A stretch of DNA of 64,000 nt from Candidatus Magasanikiibacteriota bacterium (GCA_963840935.1 CAWJAS010000001.1:256875-320874), one strand, 5' to 3'. Shown: positions 27,509 to 36,330, numbered from the stretch's first letter. Notes: generated from the sequence alone by a model not told the origin. Numbers and translations: made by a program.

Positions 27509-28153
27509 ATGTCTCAGGAGGATACCATGAAAAAAGTATTTTTGGTCCTGTTCTTTTCTGGCGTAATCGTTTGGATTGCCGGTTGCAATCAAATGTCATC
27601 AACTTTTGACTGCGATGAATGCGCCGATACGGACACTGAATCAGATGAGGATTCGGATAGCGATTCCGAGACCGATTCCGACGAAGATTCCGATGATACT
27701 TATGTCAGCGATGGCATGTATTTCACGGGTGGTGATATTGCTTGGCAAGTTGCACCGCCGGATGGTGTGCTCACCCTTGCAGATGCTGTTTATTACTGTG
27801 ATAGTCTAACACTTGGTGACCATGATGATTGGCGGATTCCGACTATTTCGGAGTTGCGATCAATTGTTGTTGGTTGCCCTTCGATTGAAACCGCAGGCGA
27901 GTGTGCCATCACGGACGAGCAAACATCAGTTACCGAGATGGAAAACTGTGATGGTTGTGAATTTCTGTCCGGCCCTGGTCTTGAAGGGTGCTACTGGCCA
28001 AGTAGTTTGACCGGCGTGTGTGGTGAATATTGGAGTTGGACTACTGCGACGGGGACCGATGCTGGCTCGATTTTTTATGAAATAAATTTCAATTTTGCCA
28101 GTGTGATAACAGGCGCTCAGTCGCCTCACGTACGCTGTGTCCGCGATCTCTAA
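27509..28153 (+). CDS. Short lipoprotein (214 aa) with an acidic D/E/S-rich linker and a DUF1566-like C-terminal domain
   Basis: Lipobox WIAGCNQ, an acidic low-complexity stretch, WRIPTISELRSIVVGC, CYWP, YWS, and the protein ends VRCVRDL. Confidence 0.75.
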   Translation: MSQEDTMKKVFLVLFFSGVIVWIAGCNQMSSTFDCDECADTDTESDEDSDSDSETDSDEDSDDTYVSDGMYFTGGDIAWQVAPPDGVLTLADAVYYCDSLTLGDHDDWRIPTISELRSIVVGCPSIETAGECAITDEQTSVTEMENCDGCEFLSGPGLEGCYWPSSLTGVCGEYWSWTTATGTDAGSIFYEINFNFASVITGAQSPHVRCVRDL

Positions 28154-28228
28154 TCGACTCACCCCCTCATATTCATGAGGGAAAAATACCTGCCTCAAAC
28201 CCTGCTCTTTAATCAAACCGTTCATTTA

Positions 28229-28267
28229 CCCGCCATGTCGCATGACCTCTGGCGGGTCTTTTTTTTA
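28229..28267 (+). terminator. Rho-independent terminator (cccgcca...tggcggg + T-run), duplicated at 29925
   Basis: Hairpin followed by TCTTTTTTTT. About 85 bp of 3' UTR is identical between the 27509 and 28377 genes. Confidence 0.65.
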
Positions 28268-28275
28268 TAAAAATA

Positions 28276-28304
28276 TTGACAAAATAAAGTATTTTTGTTA
28301 TAAT
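28276..28304 (+). promoter_or_regulatory. Consensus sigma70 promoter (TTGACA-17-TATAAT) upstream of the 28377 gene
   Basis: Perfect hexamers with a 17-nt spacer. Confidence 0.6.
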
Positions 28305-28376
28305 ATTTTGTTATCAGATTTGGATCTTTAACAATATACAAAAGCAAAAAAACTGGCATCGCAGAAAGGATAAAAA

Positions 28377-29849
28377 ATGGCAAGAAATATTGTTATTTTG
28401 TGTGGTTTTGTTTTTATATTCGTTTTCGGATGCGACCACATGGCGTCAGATATCGACTATGTTCCCGATTCGGACACTTCATCTGACGCGGATTCGGATT
28501 CTGATTCGGATACGGAAACAGAAAGCGAGGTTTGTACTCTGGTTTCCGGAGCCATACAAAAAGGGCCTTTTGTGTCTGATTCAACCCTTACCGTTTCCAT
28601 GCTTAACGCTACCGGAGCTCCGACCGGGCTTTTCTATTCCACGACGACCGAGGACGACCTGGGCACCTTCAATGTGGTCGTCCAGACCACAGGACCGTGT
28701 GAATTGGTTGCAAATGGTCTCTACTATAATGAGGTTGTGGGCAAGCTCTCAGGAGAGCCCATCACCTTGCGCGCTATCTACGAGATTTTCAATGGCGACT
28801 CGCAGAAGGCCTATTCAAATATATTTACCCACATGAGCTCGGGTCTTGCCAAGAAGCGTCTTTCTGAGGGTGACACGGTGGCCGAAGCGATTGTCTATGC
28901 TGAGAACAAGCTTTTCAACGAGCTTGGTATCCTGCACCCCTCCGGTGCCCTTGAGGGCAATGGTGCGGGGATGGACTTGATCGGAGCTAACTCGCCAGAT
29001 AATCAGTACATTGTGGCTTTGTCATGCATCGTCGCTAAGTCAGCTGAACTTCTGGCTGAGGATTCGACCGAGGTGGATGACAAATTGCAAATGCTTCTGA
29101 ATGACATCAGAAGTCAGGTGCAGGCAAGCGAAGCCATCAATCCGGAATACAAGCAGTATCTTCGAGATGGCGAAACCGCTCTTAATCCGGCAAAGGACTG
29201 CATCGAGAAATTGACTAGCTACTTGTACAATAAAACCGGCGAAGTCATGGGAATACCCGACCCGGATACTTGTTCTGACAATGATGGCGACGGTACTCCT
29301 AATTCTGCAGATCCGGACATCGACGGCGACGGCGTTCCCAATGAAGAGGACGAAGCACCCTACAACGCAAATGTTGGTGCCGGCATGTACTTCGACAGTG
29401 AGAGTGGTTACGCTTGGCAGTTAGTGTCGCCGGCCGAATATTATACATGGGCAGACGCGCAATCCTATTGCGAAGACCTTCTTGTTGGCGGGCACGACGA
29501 TTGGCGGATGCCAAGTATCAGCGAAATGCGTTCTCTTATTAGAGGATGTGCTTTAACTGAGACTAGTGGTGCGTGTGGGCTTACAGATGAATGCAACTAC
29601 CAATTGTGCTTTAATAATGCTTGTTATGTTGGTTGTTCCGGCCTTCAAGGACCCGGGATTGGTGGTTGCTATTGGCCGGATACTATGCAAGGTGAATGCG
29701 GAGCATATTGGTCGGCAACTAACAACCTAACTTTTCCTTATCTGTATTTTATTCCTATTTTTTCGCATGCATATATCGTTGCCGACCCGATTTCAACTTC
29801 GGAAACGTCTTTCGTAACGCACCTTATCCGTTGCGTCCGCGACATGTAA
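28377..29849 (+). CDS. Long lipoprotein (490 aa): paralogous N-domain, TSP3-like repeats and a DUF1566-like C-terminal domain
   Basis: Signal peptide with a lipobox (VFGCDH). The N-domain is paralogous to the 13930 gene. Repeats DNDGDGTPNSADPDIDGDGVPNEEDE, WRMPSISEMRSL, CYWP and YWS are present, and the protein ends RCVRDM. Confidence 0.75.
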   Translation: MARNIVILCGFVFIFVFGCDHMASDIDYVPDSDTSSDADSDSDSDTETESEVCTLVSGAIQKGPFVSDSTLTVSMLNATGAPTGLFYSTTTEDDLGTFNVVVQTTGPCELVANGLYYNEVVGKLSGEPITLRAIYEIFNGDSQKAYSNIFTHMSSGLAKKRLSEGDTVAEAIVYAENKLFNELGILHPSGALEGNGAGMDLIGANSPDNQYIVALSCIVAKSAELLAEDSTEVDDKLQMLLNDIRSQVQASEAINPEYKQYLRDGETALNPAKDCIEKLTSYLYNKTGEVMGIPDPDTCSDNDGDGTPNSADPDIDGDGVPNEEDEAPYNANVGAGMYFDSESGYAWQLVSPAEYYTWADAQSYCEDLLVGGHDDWRMPSISEMRSLIRGCALTETSGACGLTDECNYQLCFNNACYVGCSGLQGPGIGGCYWPDTMQGECGAYWSATNNLTFPYLYFIPIFSHAYIVADPISTSETSFVTHLIRCVRDM

Positions 29850-29924
29850 TACGCTCCACCGTCCTTCATCACGAAGGTAAATACCTGCCTCAAACCCTGC
29901 TCTTTAATCAAACCGTTCATTTAC

Positions 29925-29961
29925 CCGCCATGTCGCATGACCTCTGGCGGGTCTTTTTTTT
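29925..29961 (+). terminator. Rho-independent terminator, a duplicate of the 28229 element
   Basis: Identical hairpin and T-run. Confidence 0.65.
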
Positions 29962-29988
29962 GACTTTTTTCCGCTAAATTTATATAAT
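29960..29988 (+). promoter_or_regulatory. Sigma70-like promoter (TTGACT-17-TATAAT) upstream of leuS
   Basis: Near-consensus hexamers with a 17-nt spacer, 30 nt upstream of the leuS ATG. Confidence 0.5.
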
Positions 29989-30017
29989 AAACACAATATT
30001 AAAATCGATTTTTTATC

Positions 30018-32585
30018 ATGAAACAATACGACCCCAAAAAAATAGAGAAAAAATGGCAAAAAATTTGGAACAAGGAAAAAGCCTTTTCCACGCCAAAAGA
30101 CGCCATTGAAAAAAATAAATATTATATCTTGCCTCAATTGCCGTATCCTTCCGGCTCCGGTCTTCATGTCGGCCATGCCGAGGTTTATACTGCTTGCGAT
30201 ATTTATGCCCGCTACAAGCGCATGACCGGCAAAAAAGTCCTTCAAGTGATTGGTTGGGACGCTTTTGGTTTACCAGCAGAAAATTACGCCATAAAAACAA
30301 ATGTTCATCCGCGCAAATCAACCGATAAAGCGATTGATAATTTTCGTGAACAAATAAAATCTCTTGGCGTGTCTGTGGATTGGGGCAGGGAAGTGGGTTC
30401 GCATAATCCTGATTATTATAAATGGACGCAATGGTTTTTTCTGCTTTTCTACAAACGCGGACTGGCTTATCGCAAAAAACAATCGGTCAATTGGTGCGAT
30501 TCATGTAAAACAGTTTTGGCGAATGAACAAGTAACCGGTGACGGAAAATGCGAGAGGTGTGAGACTATTGTTGAACAAAGAGAGATGGAACAGTGGTATT
30601 TGAAAATTACGGATTATGCCGACCGATTACTAAAAGATTTAGATAAATTGGATTGGCCGGAAGAAACCAAAAAACGTCAGCGCGACTGGATCGGACGCTC
30701 TGACGGAGCCGAGGTTTATTTTAATGTCATTGCGAGAAGCGAAGCGCCGAAGCAATCTAATGGGATTGCTTCGTCACCTGCTACGCATGTTCCTCGCAAT
30801 GACAAAAAAATCACCGTTTTCACCACCCGGCCAGACACGTTGTTCGGCGCGACATTTATGGTACTCGCGCCCGAGCATAAATTAGTTCAGCAGTTAAAAG
30901 ACAAAATTAAGAATTGGAAAGAGGTTGAAAAATATATTAATGAAGCAAAACTCAAAACGGACCTCGACCGTCAAATACAAAAAGAAAAAACAGGAGTGGA
31001 ATTAAAAGGAATTAAGGCGATAAATCCGGCGAACAATGAAGAGATTCCTATTTTTATTGCCGATTATGTTTTGGCCACTTATGGCTTTGGCGCGATTATG
31101 GCCGTTCCGGCTCATGATGAGCGAGATTTTGAATTTGCAAAAAAATATGGGTTATTGGTTAAACAGGTTGTCATTGCGAGAAGCGAAGCGACGAAGCAAT
31201 CTCATGGGATCGCCGCGTCACTCGCTCCGCTTGTTCCTCGCGATGACAATAAGAGTTGTTATACCGGCGAAGGCGTTTCAATCAATTCCGATTTTTTAAA
31301 CGGCTTATCAACCAAAGAAGCATCTGCCAAAATGATTGGCTGGCTTCACGAAAAAAAATTGGGCAAGCGAAAAATTCAATACAAACTTCGCGACTGGTCG
31401 GTGTCCCGCCAACGCTTTTGGGGCGCCCCGATTCCTGTCCTGTATGATGAAAAAAATGAACTGCATCCGGTGTCGGAAAAAGATTTGCCGGTAATTTTGC
31501 CTGATGATGTTGATTTTAAGCCGACCGGTGAGTCGCCATTAAACTATTCAAAAAGTTTTAACAAGGGAGTAGAAAAAAAATACGGCAAGGGTTGGCACCG
31601 CGAACCCGATACGCTTGATACATTCATGTGTTCCAGTTGGTATTTTTTCCGCTATTTGGATCCGAAAAATGACAAAGCGTTTGCTTCGCCCGAAGCGCTG
31701 AAAACTTGGATGCCGGTGGATTTTTATTTGGGCGGAGCCGAGCATGTCAACAGCCATCTTTTGTATTCACGATTTTTTACCAAAGTTTTGTTTGATGAGG
31801 GGCTGATTGATTTTGATGAACCGTTTATAACCCATCGTCATCAAGGAATGATTTTGGGCGAAGATAATCACAAAATGAGCAAACGCTGGGGCAACGCGAT
31901 AAATCCGACCGATGTAATAAATGAATTTGGCGCGGATACTTTGCGCTGTTATGAAATGTTTATGGGACCTCTTGAGGCCGATAAACCATGGGATACAAAC
32001 GGTGTGCGTGGAATACGCAGATTTTTGGAGCGTGTTTGGAATTTACAGTCGCGTGTCATTGCGAGCGAAGCGAAGCAATCCCATGGGGTCGCTTCGTCGC
32101 TTGCTTCGCAGTCTCCTCGCGATGACAAATTGAATCGCCTCATCCACCAAACAATAAAAAAAGTGTCAGAGGATTTGGAAAATATGCGTTTTAATACCGC
32201 CATCGCCAAAATGATGGAATTGATTAACGAATTTTCAAAAGAGGAGAAGATTGCTAAAAGTAATTTTGAGGCGCTAATATTAATACTGGCGCCGTTTGCC
32301 CCGCATATGTGTGAGGAGCTTTGGAGTTTGCTGGGTCATAAGAATATTTTGGCTTTTGAAAAATTTCCGGAATATGATAAAAAATTGATTGAAGAAACTG
32401 AAATTACCTTGGCCGTGCAGGTTAACGGCAAATTGCGAGATACTTTGATTGTGCCGGCGGATATTACTGATAATGATGCTAAAAAATTGTCTTTGGCCAG
32501 TGAAAAGGTACAAAAATGGCTCGAGGGTAAAGAACCTAAAAAAATAATTTATATTAAAGGAAAACTGGTGAGCATTGTGGTTTGA
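30018..32585 (+). CDS. leuS: Leucyl-tRNA synthetase carrying three in-frame palindromic-element insertions
   Basis: HIGH-type motif (PYPSGSGLHVGHA), KMSKR, TTRPDT and a conserved C-terminal region. Three extra segments interrupt otherwise conserved blocks: VIARSEAPKQSNGIASSPATHVPRNDK, VIARSEATKQSHGIAASLAPLVPRDDNK and VIASEAKQSHGVASSLASQSPRDDK. Confidence 0.9.
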   Translation: MKQYDPKKIEKKWQKIWNKEKAFSTPKDAIEKNKYYILPQLPYPSGSGLHVGHAEVYTACDIYARYKRMTGKKVLQVIGWDAFGLPAENYAIKTNVHPRKSTDKAIDNFREQIKSLGVSVDWGREVGSHNPDYYKWTQWFFLLFYKRGLAYRKKQSVNWCDSCKTVLANEQVTGDGKCERCETIVEQREMEQWYLKITDYADRLLKDLDKLDWPEETKKRQRDWIGRSDGAEVYFNVIARSEAPKQSNGIASSPATHVPRNDKKITVFTTRPDTLFGATFMVLAPEHKLVQQLKDKIKNWKEVEKYINEAKLKTDLDRQIQKEKTGVELKGIKAINPANNEEIPIFIADYVLATYGFGAIMAVPAHDERDFEFAKKYGLLVKQVVIARSEATKQSHGIAASLAPLVPRDDNKSCYTGEGVSINSDFLNGLSTKEASAKMIGWLHEKKLGKRKIQYKLRDWSVSRQRFWGAPIPVLYDEKNELHPVSEKDLPVILPDDVDFKPTGESPLNYSKSFNKGVEKKYGKGWHREPDTLDTFMCSSWYFFRYLDPKNDKAFASPEALKTWMPVDFYLGGAEHVNSHLLYSRFFTKVLFDEGLIDFDEPFITHRHQGMILGEDNHKMSKRWGNAINPTDVINEFGADTLRCYEMFMGPLEADKPWDTNGVRGIRRFLERVWNLQSRVIASEAKQSHGVASSLASQSPRDDKLNRLIHQTIKKVSEDLENMRFNTAIAKMMELINEFSKEEKIAKSNFEALILILAPFAPHMCEELWSLLGHKNILAFEKFPEYDKKLIEETEITLAVQVNGKLRDTLIVPADITDNDAKKLSLASEKVQKWLEGKEPKKIIYIKGKLVSIVV
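30726..30803. repeat. Palindromic MITE-like element (78 bp) inserted in-frame in leuS
   Basis: Terminal inverted repeats gtcattgcgag ... ctcgcaatgac with an internal gaagcgaagc/gcttcg palindrome. Length is a multiple of 3. Located in the loop before TTRPDT. Confidence 0.75.
31170..31247. repeat. Palindromic MITE-like element (78 bp) inserted in-frame in leuS
   Basis: gtcattgcgag ... ctcgcgatgac. Length is a multiple of 3. Confidence 0.75.
32055..32126. repeat. Palindromic MITE-like element (72 bp) inserted in-frame in leuS
   Basis: gtcattgcgag ... ctcgcgatgac. Length is a multiple of 3. Confidence 0.75.
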
Positions 32586-34117
32586 TTATGATTTTTGAGG
32601 AGGGAATTATAAAAATAGCTAATTCAAAAAGCAAAACGTTTCTGACGTTTTGCTTTTGTTTTATTTTGGGCGTAGCTTTTGCTTCACTCAAATCAATGAC
32701 TGACCAAATAGATAATTTTATTTATGCGGTCATATCTTTGTTTTTGTTATTCTTTATTGCATTTTTTTGGCGCGATAAAAAAATTCGTCTGTATTTTTTA
32801 ATTGTCGCCGGTTTGTTTTTTGGTTTTTTTCGATACAATATATATTTTTTTAACGATTCAATTTTGCCTCGAGAAAAAATATTGCTCACGGCTCGCGTGG
32901 TTCAAGAGCCGAGCACTCGAACAAAAAATATATCATACACAATAAAAGCCGATGGTTTTAAACAAAATTTTTTGGCATATTTGCCGTTGTCTTCCGATTA
33001 CCGCTATGGGGACTCCATAAATTTGTGGTGTGATTTGGAAAAGCCAAATAGTGATTTTGCCGATGGATTCAGATATGATTTATTTTTGTCGGCTCAAGGC
33101 ATATCGGCAATATGCAATAATCCGGCAATTGTTCAGCTTGGCACGCCGATTGAATTTAAAAAAAATATTACGCAGATAATTTTTAGCCCGATTTATCGAT
33201 TCAAAGAAATCGTTGCCAGACAAGTAAAAAAATTGTGGCCCGAGCCGGAATCGGCCTTAATCGGCGGTTTGCTGTATGGCGAGCGGGCAAGTTTCCCGGA
33301 TGATTTGACGGAAAATTTTAACCGAGTTGGTCTGACTCATATTATCGCGGTTTCGGGTTTTAATATCAGCATTATCGCTTCATTTTTTATGTTTGCCTTA
33401 ATCGGCGTTGGTTTAAACAGACGCCAGGCATTTTGGGTGTCAATTATCGCAATAGGCGTTTTTGTATTTTTTTGCGGAGCTCCGGCATCCGCGGTTAGAG
33501 CGGGGATAATGGGTTCAATCGTTTTATTCGGACAATATTTGGGCCGTCCTTCTCGCGCCGGCCGAGCATTGTTTTTTACAATTTTTTTAATAGTTTTGTT
33601 TAATCCATTGGCTTTATTTTGGGACGCCGGGTTTCAACTTTCGGCAATCGCCACCGCCGGTTTGCTATATTTGCCATCAATTATAAAAGAAAAAGTTTTA
33701 AATTGTTCGTTGATTAGTAAAATTTCTAAATTAAAAATATTTTTTGAAACGAGCGTGTTTGCAGAAATTATTTTTGCCACGTTATCGGCTATTATCGCCA
33801 CATTGCCTTTGATTCTGTTTCAATTTGGTCGGTTGTCTGTTGTCGCTTTGCCCGTGAACCTGCTTGTTTTATGGCTTATCCCATATATTATGCTTTTTGG
33901 TTTTTTGGCCGTTACTTCTAGCGCTATTTTTTATCCGGCCGGACTTGTGGTCGCCTGGTTTACCGGATTTGGTTTGAAGTATATAATTATGATAAGCGAA
34001 TTTTTTGGTTCGCTTAGCTGGTCATCAGTTGATATAAAGATTCCTTGGTGGGTGATGATTGTAACGTATGGTTTGCTAATATTTTTTATTAAGCGTGAAT
34101 ATGCCCAAAAAAATTAA
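32582..34117 (+). CDS. comEC: ComEC/Rec2-like competence membrane channel, N-terminal part (DUF4131 plus competence domain)
   Basis: Polytopic membrane protein carrying the competence-domain signature GLTHIIAVSGFNISI...AVRAG. The start is TTG at 32582 or ATG at 32588, overlapping the leuS stop. Confidence 0.7.
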   Translation: MIMIFEEGIIKIANSKSKTFLTFCFCFILGVAFASLKSMTDQIDNFIYAVISLFLLFFIAFFWRDKKIRLYFLIVAGLFFGFFRYNIYFFNDSILPREKILLTARVVQEPSTRTKNISYTIKADGFKQNFLAYLPLSSDYRYGDSINLWCDLEKPNSDFADGFRYDLFLSAQGISAICNNPAIVQLGTPIEFKKNITQIIFSPIYRFKEIVARQVKKLWPEPESALIGGLLYGERASFPDDLTENFNRVGLTHIIAVSGFNISIIASFFMFALIGVGLNRRQAFWVSIIAIGVFVFFCGAPASAVRAGIMGSIVLFGQYLGRPSRAGRALFFTIFLIVLFNPLALFWDAGFQLSAIATAGLLYLPSIIKEKVLNCSLISKISKLKIFFETSVFAEIIFATLSAIIATLPLILFQFGRLSVVALPVNLLVLWLIPYIMLFGFLAVTSSAIFYPAGLVVAWFTGFGLKYIIMISEFFGSLSWSSVDIKIPWWVMIVTYGLLIFFIKREYAQKN

Positions 34118-34709
34118 AATATTATCCTCGCAAACGGGTTATGATTTAGCCGCGTTTGATTACGACAAAAAAGAAGCCTATTTAAACAGTTTTGAAAAAA
34201 GCCAACTTTTGCCGTTGCTTGGCGATATAAAAAACAAAACAATTCTTGATGTTGGTGCAGGTACCGGCCGATTGGCAATAAATCTTTCTAAAATTGGAGC
34301 CGAAGTAACAGCGCTTGATCTATCTCAAAAAATGCTTGATGAACTTCATAAAAAAAATCCGAATATCAAAATATCGCTTGGCGATGCCGAATCATTGCCT
34401 TTTTTGGATAATAGTTTTGATTTTGTGATTGCCGTGTTTTTGATTGTCCACCTAAAAAATCCTTCGATATTTTTTGAAGAAGCGTACCGAGTTCTCAAAG
34501 ACGGTGGAAAATTATTGGTTACAAACATTAATCAAAAAGAACCGCCGGAAATCAAAACTAAGGATGGACTGATAAAAATTGAATCATATTACCATCAGCC
34601 AAAAAATATTATTGACGCGCTTGAACAAATTGCCTTTGGTGTTGAAAAAGAATTATTTGTTAAAGAAAATGATTTATGGGTGAACCAGATAGTACTCGCG
34701 CAAAAATAA
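34095..34709 (+). CDS. Class I SAM-dependent methyltransferase
   Basis: ILDVGAGTGRLA glycine-rich SAM-binding motif. 204 aa. Confidence 0.65.
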   Translation: MNMPKKIKILSSQTGYDLAAFDYDKKEAYLNSFEKSQLLPLLGDIKNKTILDVGAGTGRLAINLSKIGAEVTALDLSQKMLDELHKKNPNIKISLGDAESLPFLDNSFDFVIAVFLIVHLKNPSIFFEEAYRVLKDGGKLLVTNINQKEPPEIKTKDGLIKIESYYHQPKNIIDALEQIAFGVEKELFVKENDLWVNQIVLAQK

Positions 34710-35539
34710 TGTCATATATTATAGTGCTTTTGATTATAACTTTGGCGATTTTGGTTTATTTAAAATTTTTTGAACAAATAAATTATCGCGTTATTTTTTT
34801 TGATATCGGCCAAGGGGATTCCGCCTTAATTAGATTTGAAAATAAAGAAAAAATGCTTGTTGATTGCGGTCCCGACCGGAGTGTTTTGAATAAATTAGGG
34901 CGGTACCTTCCGTTTTATGATCGGACGATTGATTATTTGGTCGTCACTCATTTTGATTTGGATCATTATGGCGGATGCGATGAAGTTCTTGAGAGGTATA
35001 AAGTAAAAAATATTTTAATTAATTCGGACAATAAAAGCGGAGATAAATATTTTGATAACTGGGCCGTTAGTTTAAAAGAAGAAAGGGCAAATGTAAAAAT
35101 AGTTACCAGTTCGTTTTCTTTTGATATTGCCGGAGCGCGGATTGAGGTTTTGTCGCCCGACCCGAATATACCTTCGTCAATAGTCTCCGGCAATAATCAT
35201 TCTATTGTGTTCCGACTGACTCATGGAACGACGACCGTGTTTTTTTCGGCCGACATGGAAGAGCCGGTAGAAAAAGAATTAATTAATTATTGGTGCGAAA
35301 CCCTGGAAAATGGGGAATTATGCCAAAATTTACAATCAGAATATCTCAAAGTCGGTCATCACGGCAGTGATTCATCATCCGGAAGCGATTTTTTGTCTGC
35401 AATTAGCCCAAAAAATGCCATTATTTCCGTTGGTAAGAATCATTTTGGTCACCCGTCCCTTCGCGTTTTGCGCCGACTTGAAAGAATCGGCGCGCAAATC
35501 TGGCGAACAGACGAGTTAACTGATATAATAGTTAGGTAA
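34676..35539 (+). CDS. Membrane-anchored metallo-beta-lactamase-fold protein, resembling the ComEC C-terminal MBL domain
   Basis: One TM helix followed by MBL motifs (VVTHFDLDHYGG, KVGHHGS..S, GHPS). Confidence 0.65.
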   Translation: MGEPDSTRAKIMSYIIVLLIITLAILVYLKFFEQINYRVIFFDIGQGDSALIRFENKEKMLVDCGPDRSVLNKLGRYLPFYDRTIDYLVVTHFDLDHYGGCDEVLERYKVKNILINSDNKSGDKYFDNWAVSLKEERANVKIVTSSFSFDIAGARIEVLSPDPNIPSSIVSGNNHSIVFRLTHGTTTVFFSADMEEPVEKELINYWCETLENGELCQNLQSEYLKVGHHGSDSSSGSDFLSAISPKNAIISVGKNHFGHPSLRVLRRLERIGAQIWRTDELTDIIVR

Positions 35540-35562
35540 ATAAGGGGGAATAACGATAAATT

Positions 35563-36330
35563 ATGGTTATCAGCGCTTTGGTGACAACTACGATTATGGC
35601 TGGTTTTTTGTTGCCCGCAACGCCCCATGACCTTGACGCGGATGGTTTGAATGATATTCAAGAAACGTATATTTATCATACCGACCCAAATTTGAGAGAT
35701 ACCGATGGAGATGGGTATGCCGACGGAATTGAAATTAAATACGGATTTTCGCCACTTCATGGAAATAACAAAAAATTATCGGAAGTCGATACTGATTCTG
35801 ACGGATTAAATGATGAATTGGAATTGGAGTTGGGCTCCAATCTAAACAGTCCGGACTCTGACGGTGACGGGCATTCGGACGGTGAAGAAGTATTAAACGG
35901 TTGGAATCCTTCAGCCGGCTTGGAAACCAGAGATGTGGCTCGTCGAATTTTAGTGAATCGTTCCACGCAGTCGCTTGATTATTTTTTGAACGGAGTAAAA
36001 ATCGGAACAATTCCCGTGTCGACCGGTTTGCGGGCCACAGAAACTCCGCTTGGCGAATTTCGTATTACTCGCAAAGCGCCCGTCGTGCATTATATCGGGC
36101 CCGGATATAATTTGCCAAATACAAAATGGAACTTGGAATTTAAACGCAGTTATTATATTCACGGCGCCTATTGGCACAATCAATTTGGCATTAGGCCGAT
36201 GAGTCACGGGTGTGTTAATGTTTCTTATAAAGACGTAGAAGCCCTATACAAATTTGCTCAAGTAGGAGATAAAGTGGAAATTATCGGAGAAACGCCAAAA
36301 GGAAAAGTGAATGTTGCTTCGGCGCGTTAG
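35563..36330 (+). CDS. L,D-transpeptidase (YkuD domain) with N-terminal TSP3-like Ca-binding repeats
   Basis: Four DxDxDG-type repeats (DADGLND, DTDGDGYADG, DTDSDGLND, DSDGDGHSDG), then a YkuD catalytic region with the SHGCVNV motif. Confidence 0.7.
   Translation: MVISALVTTTIMAGFLLPATPHDLDADGLNDIQETYIYHTDPNLRDTDGDGYADGIEIKYGFSPLHGNNKKLSEVDTDSDGLNDELELELGSNLNSPDSDGDGHSDGEEVLNGWNPSAGLETRDVARRILVNRSTQSLDYFLNGVKIGTIPVSTGLRATETPLGEFRITRKAPVVHYIGPGYNLPNTKWNLEFKRSYYIHGAYWHNQFGIRPMSHGCVNVSYKDVEALYKFAQVGDKVEIIGETPKGKVNVASAR

Noticed and set aside
27300-27510. Search for tRNA or other structured ncRNA in the larger intergenic regions (12920-13120, 27300-27510, 29850-30018, 42986-43107)
   Set aside because: No cloverleaf-compatible sequence or conserved ncRNA motif was recognised by eye. 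Only promoters and terminators are evident.
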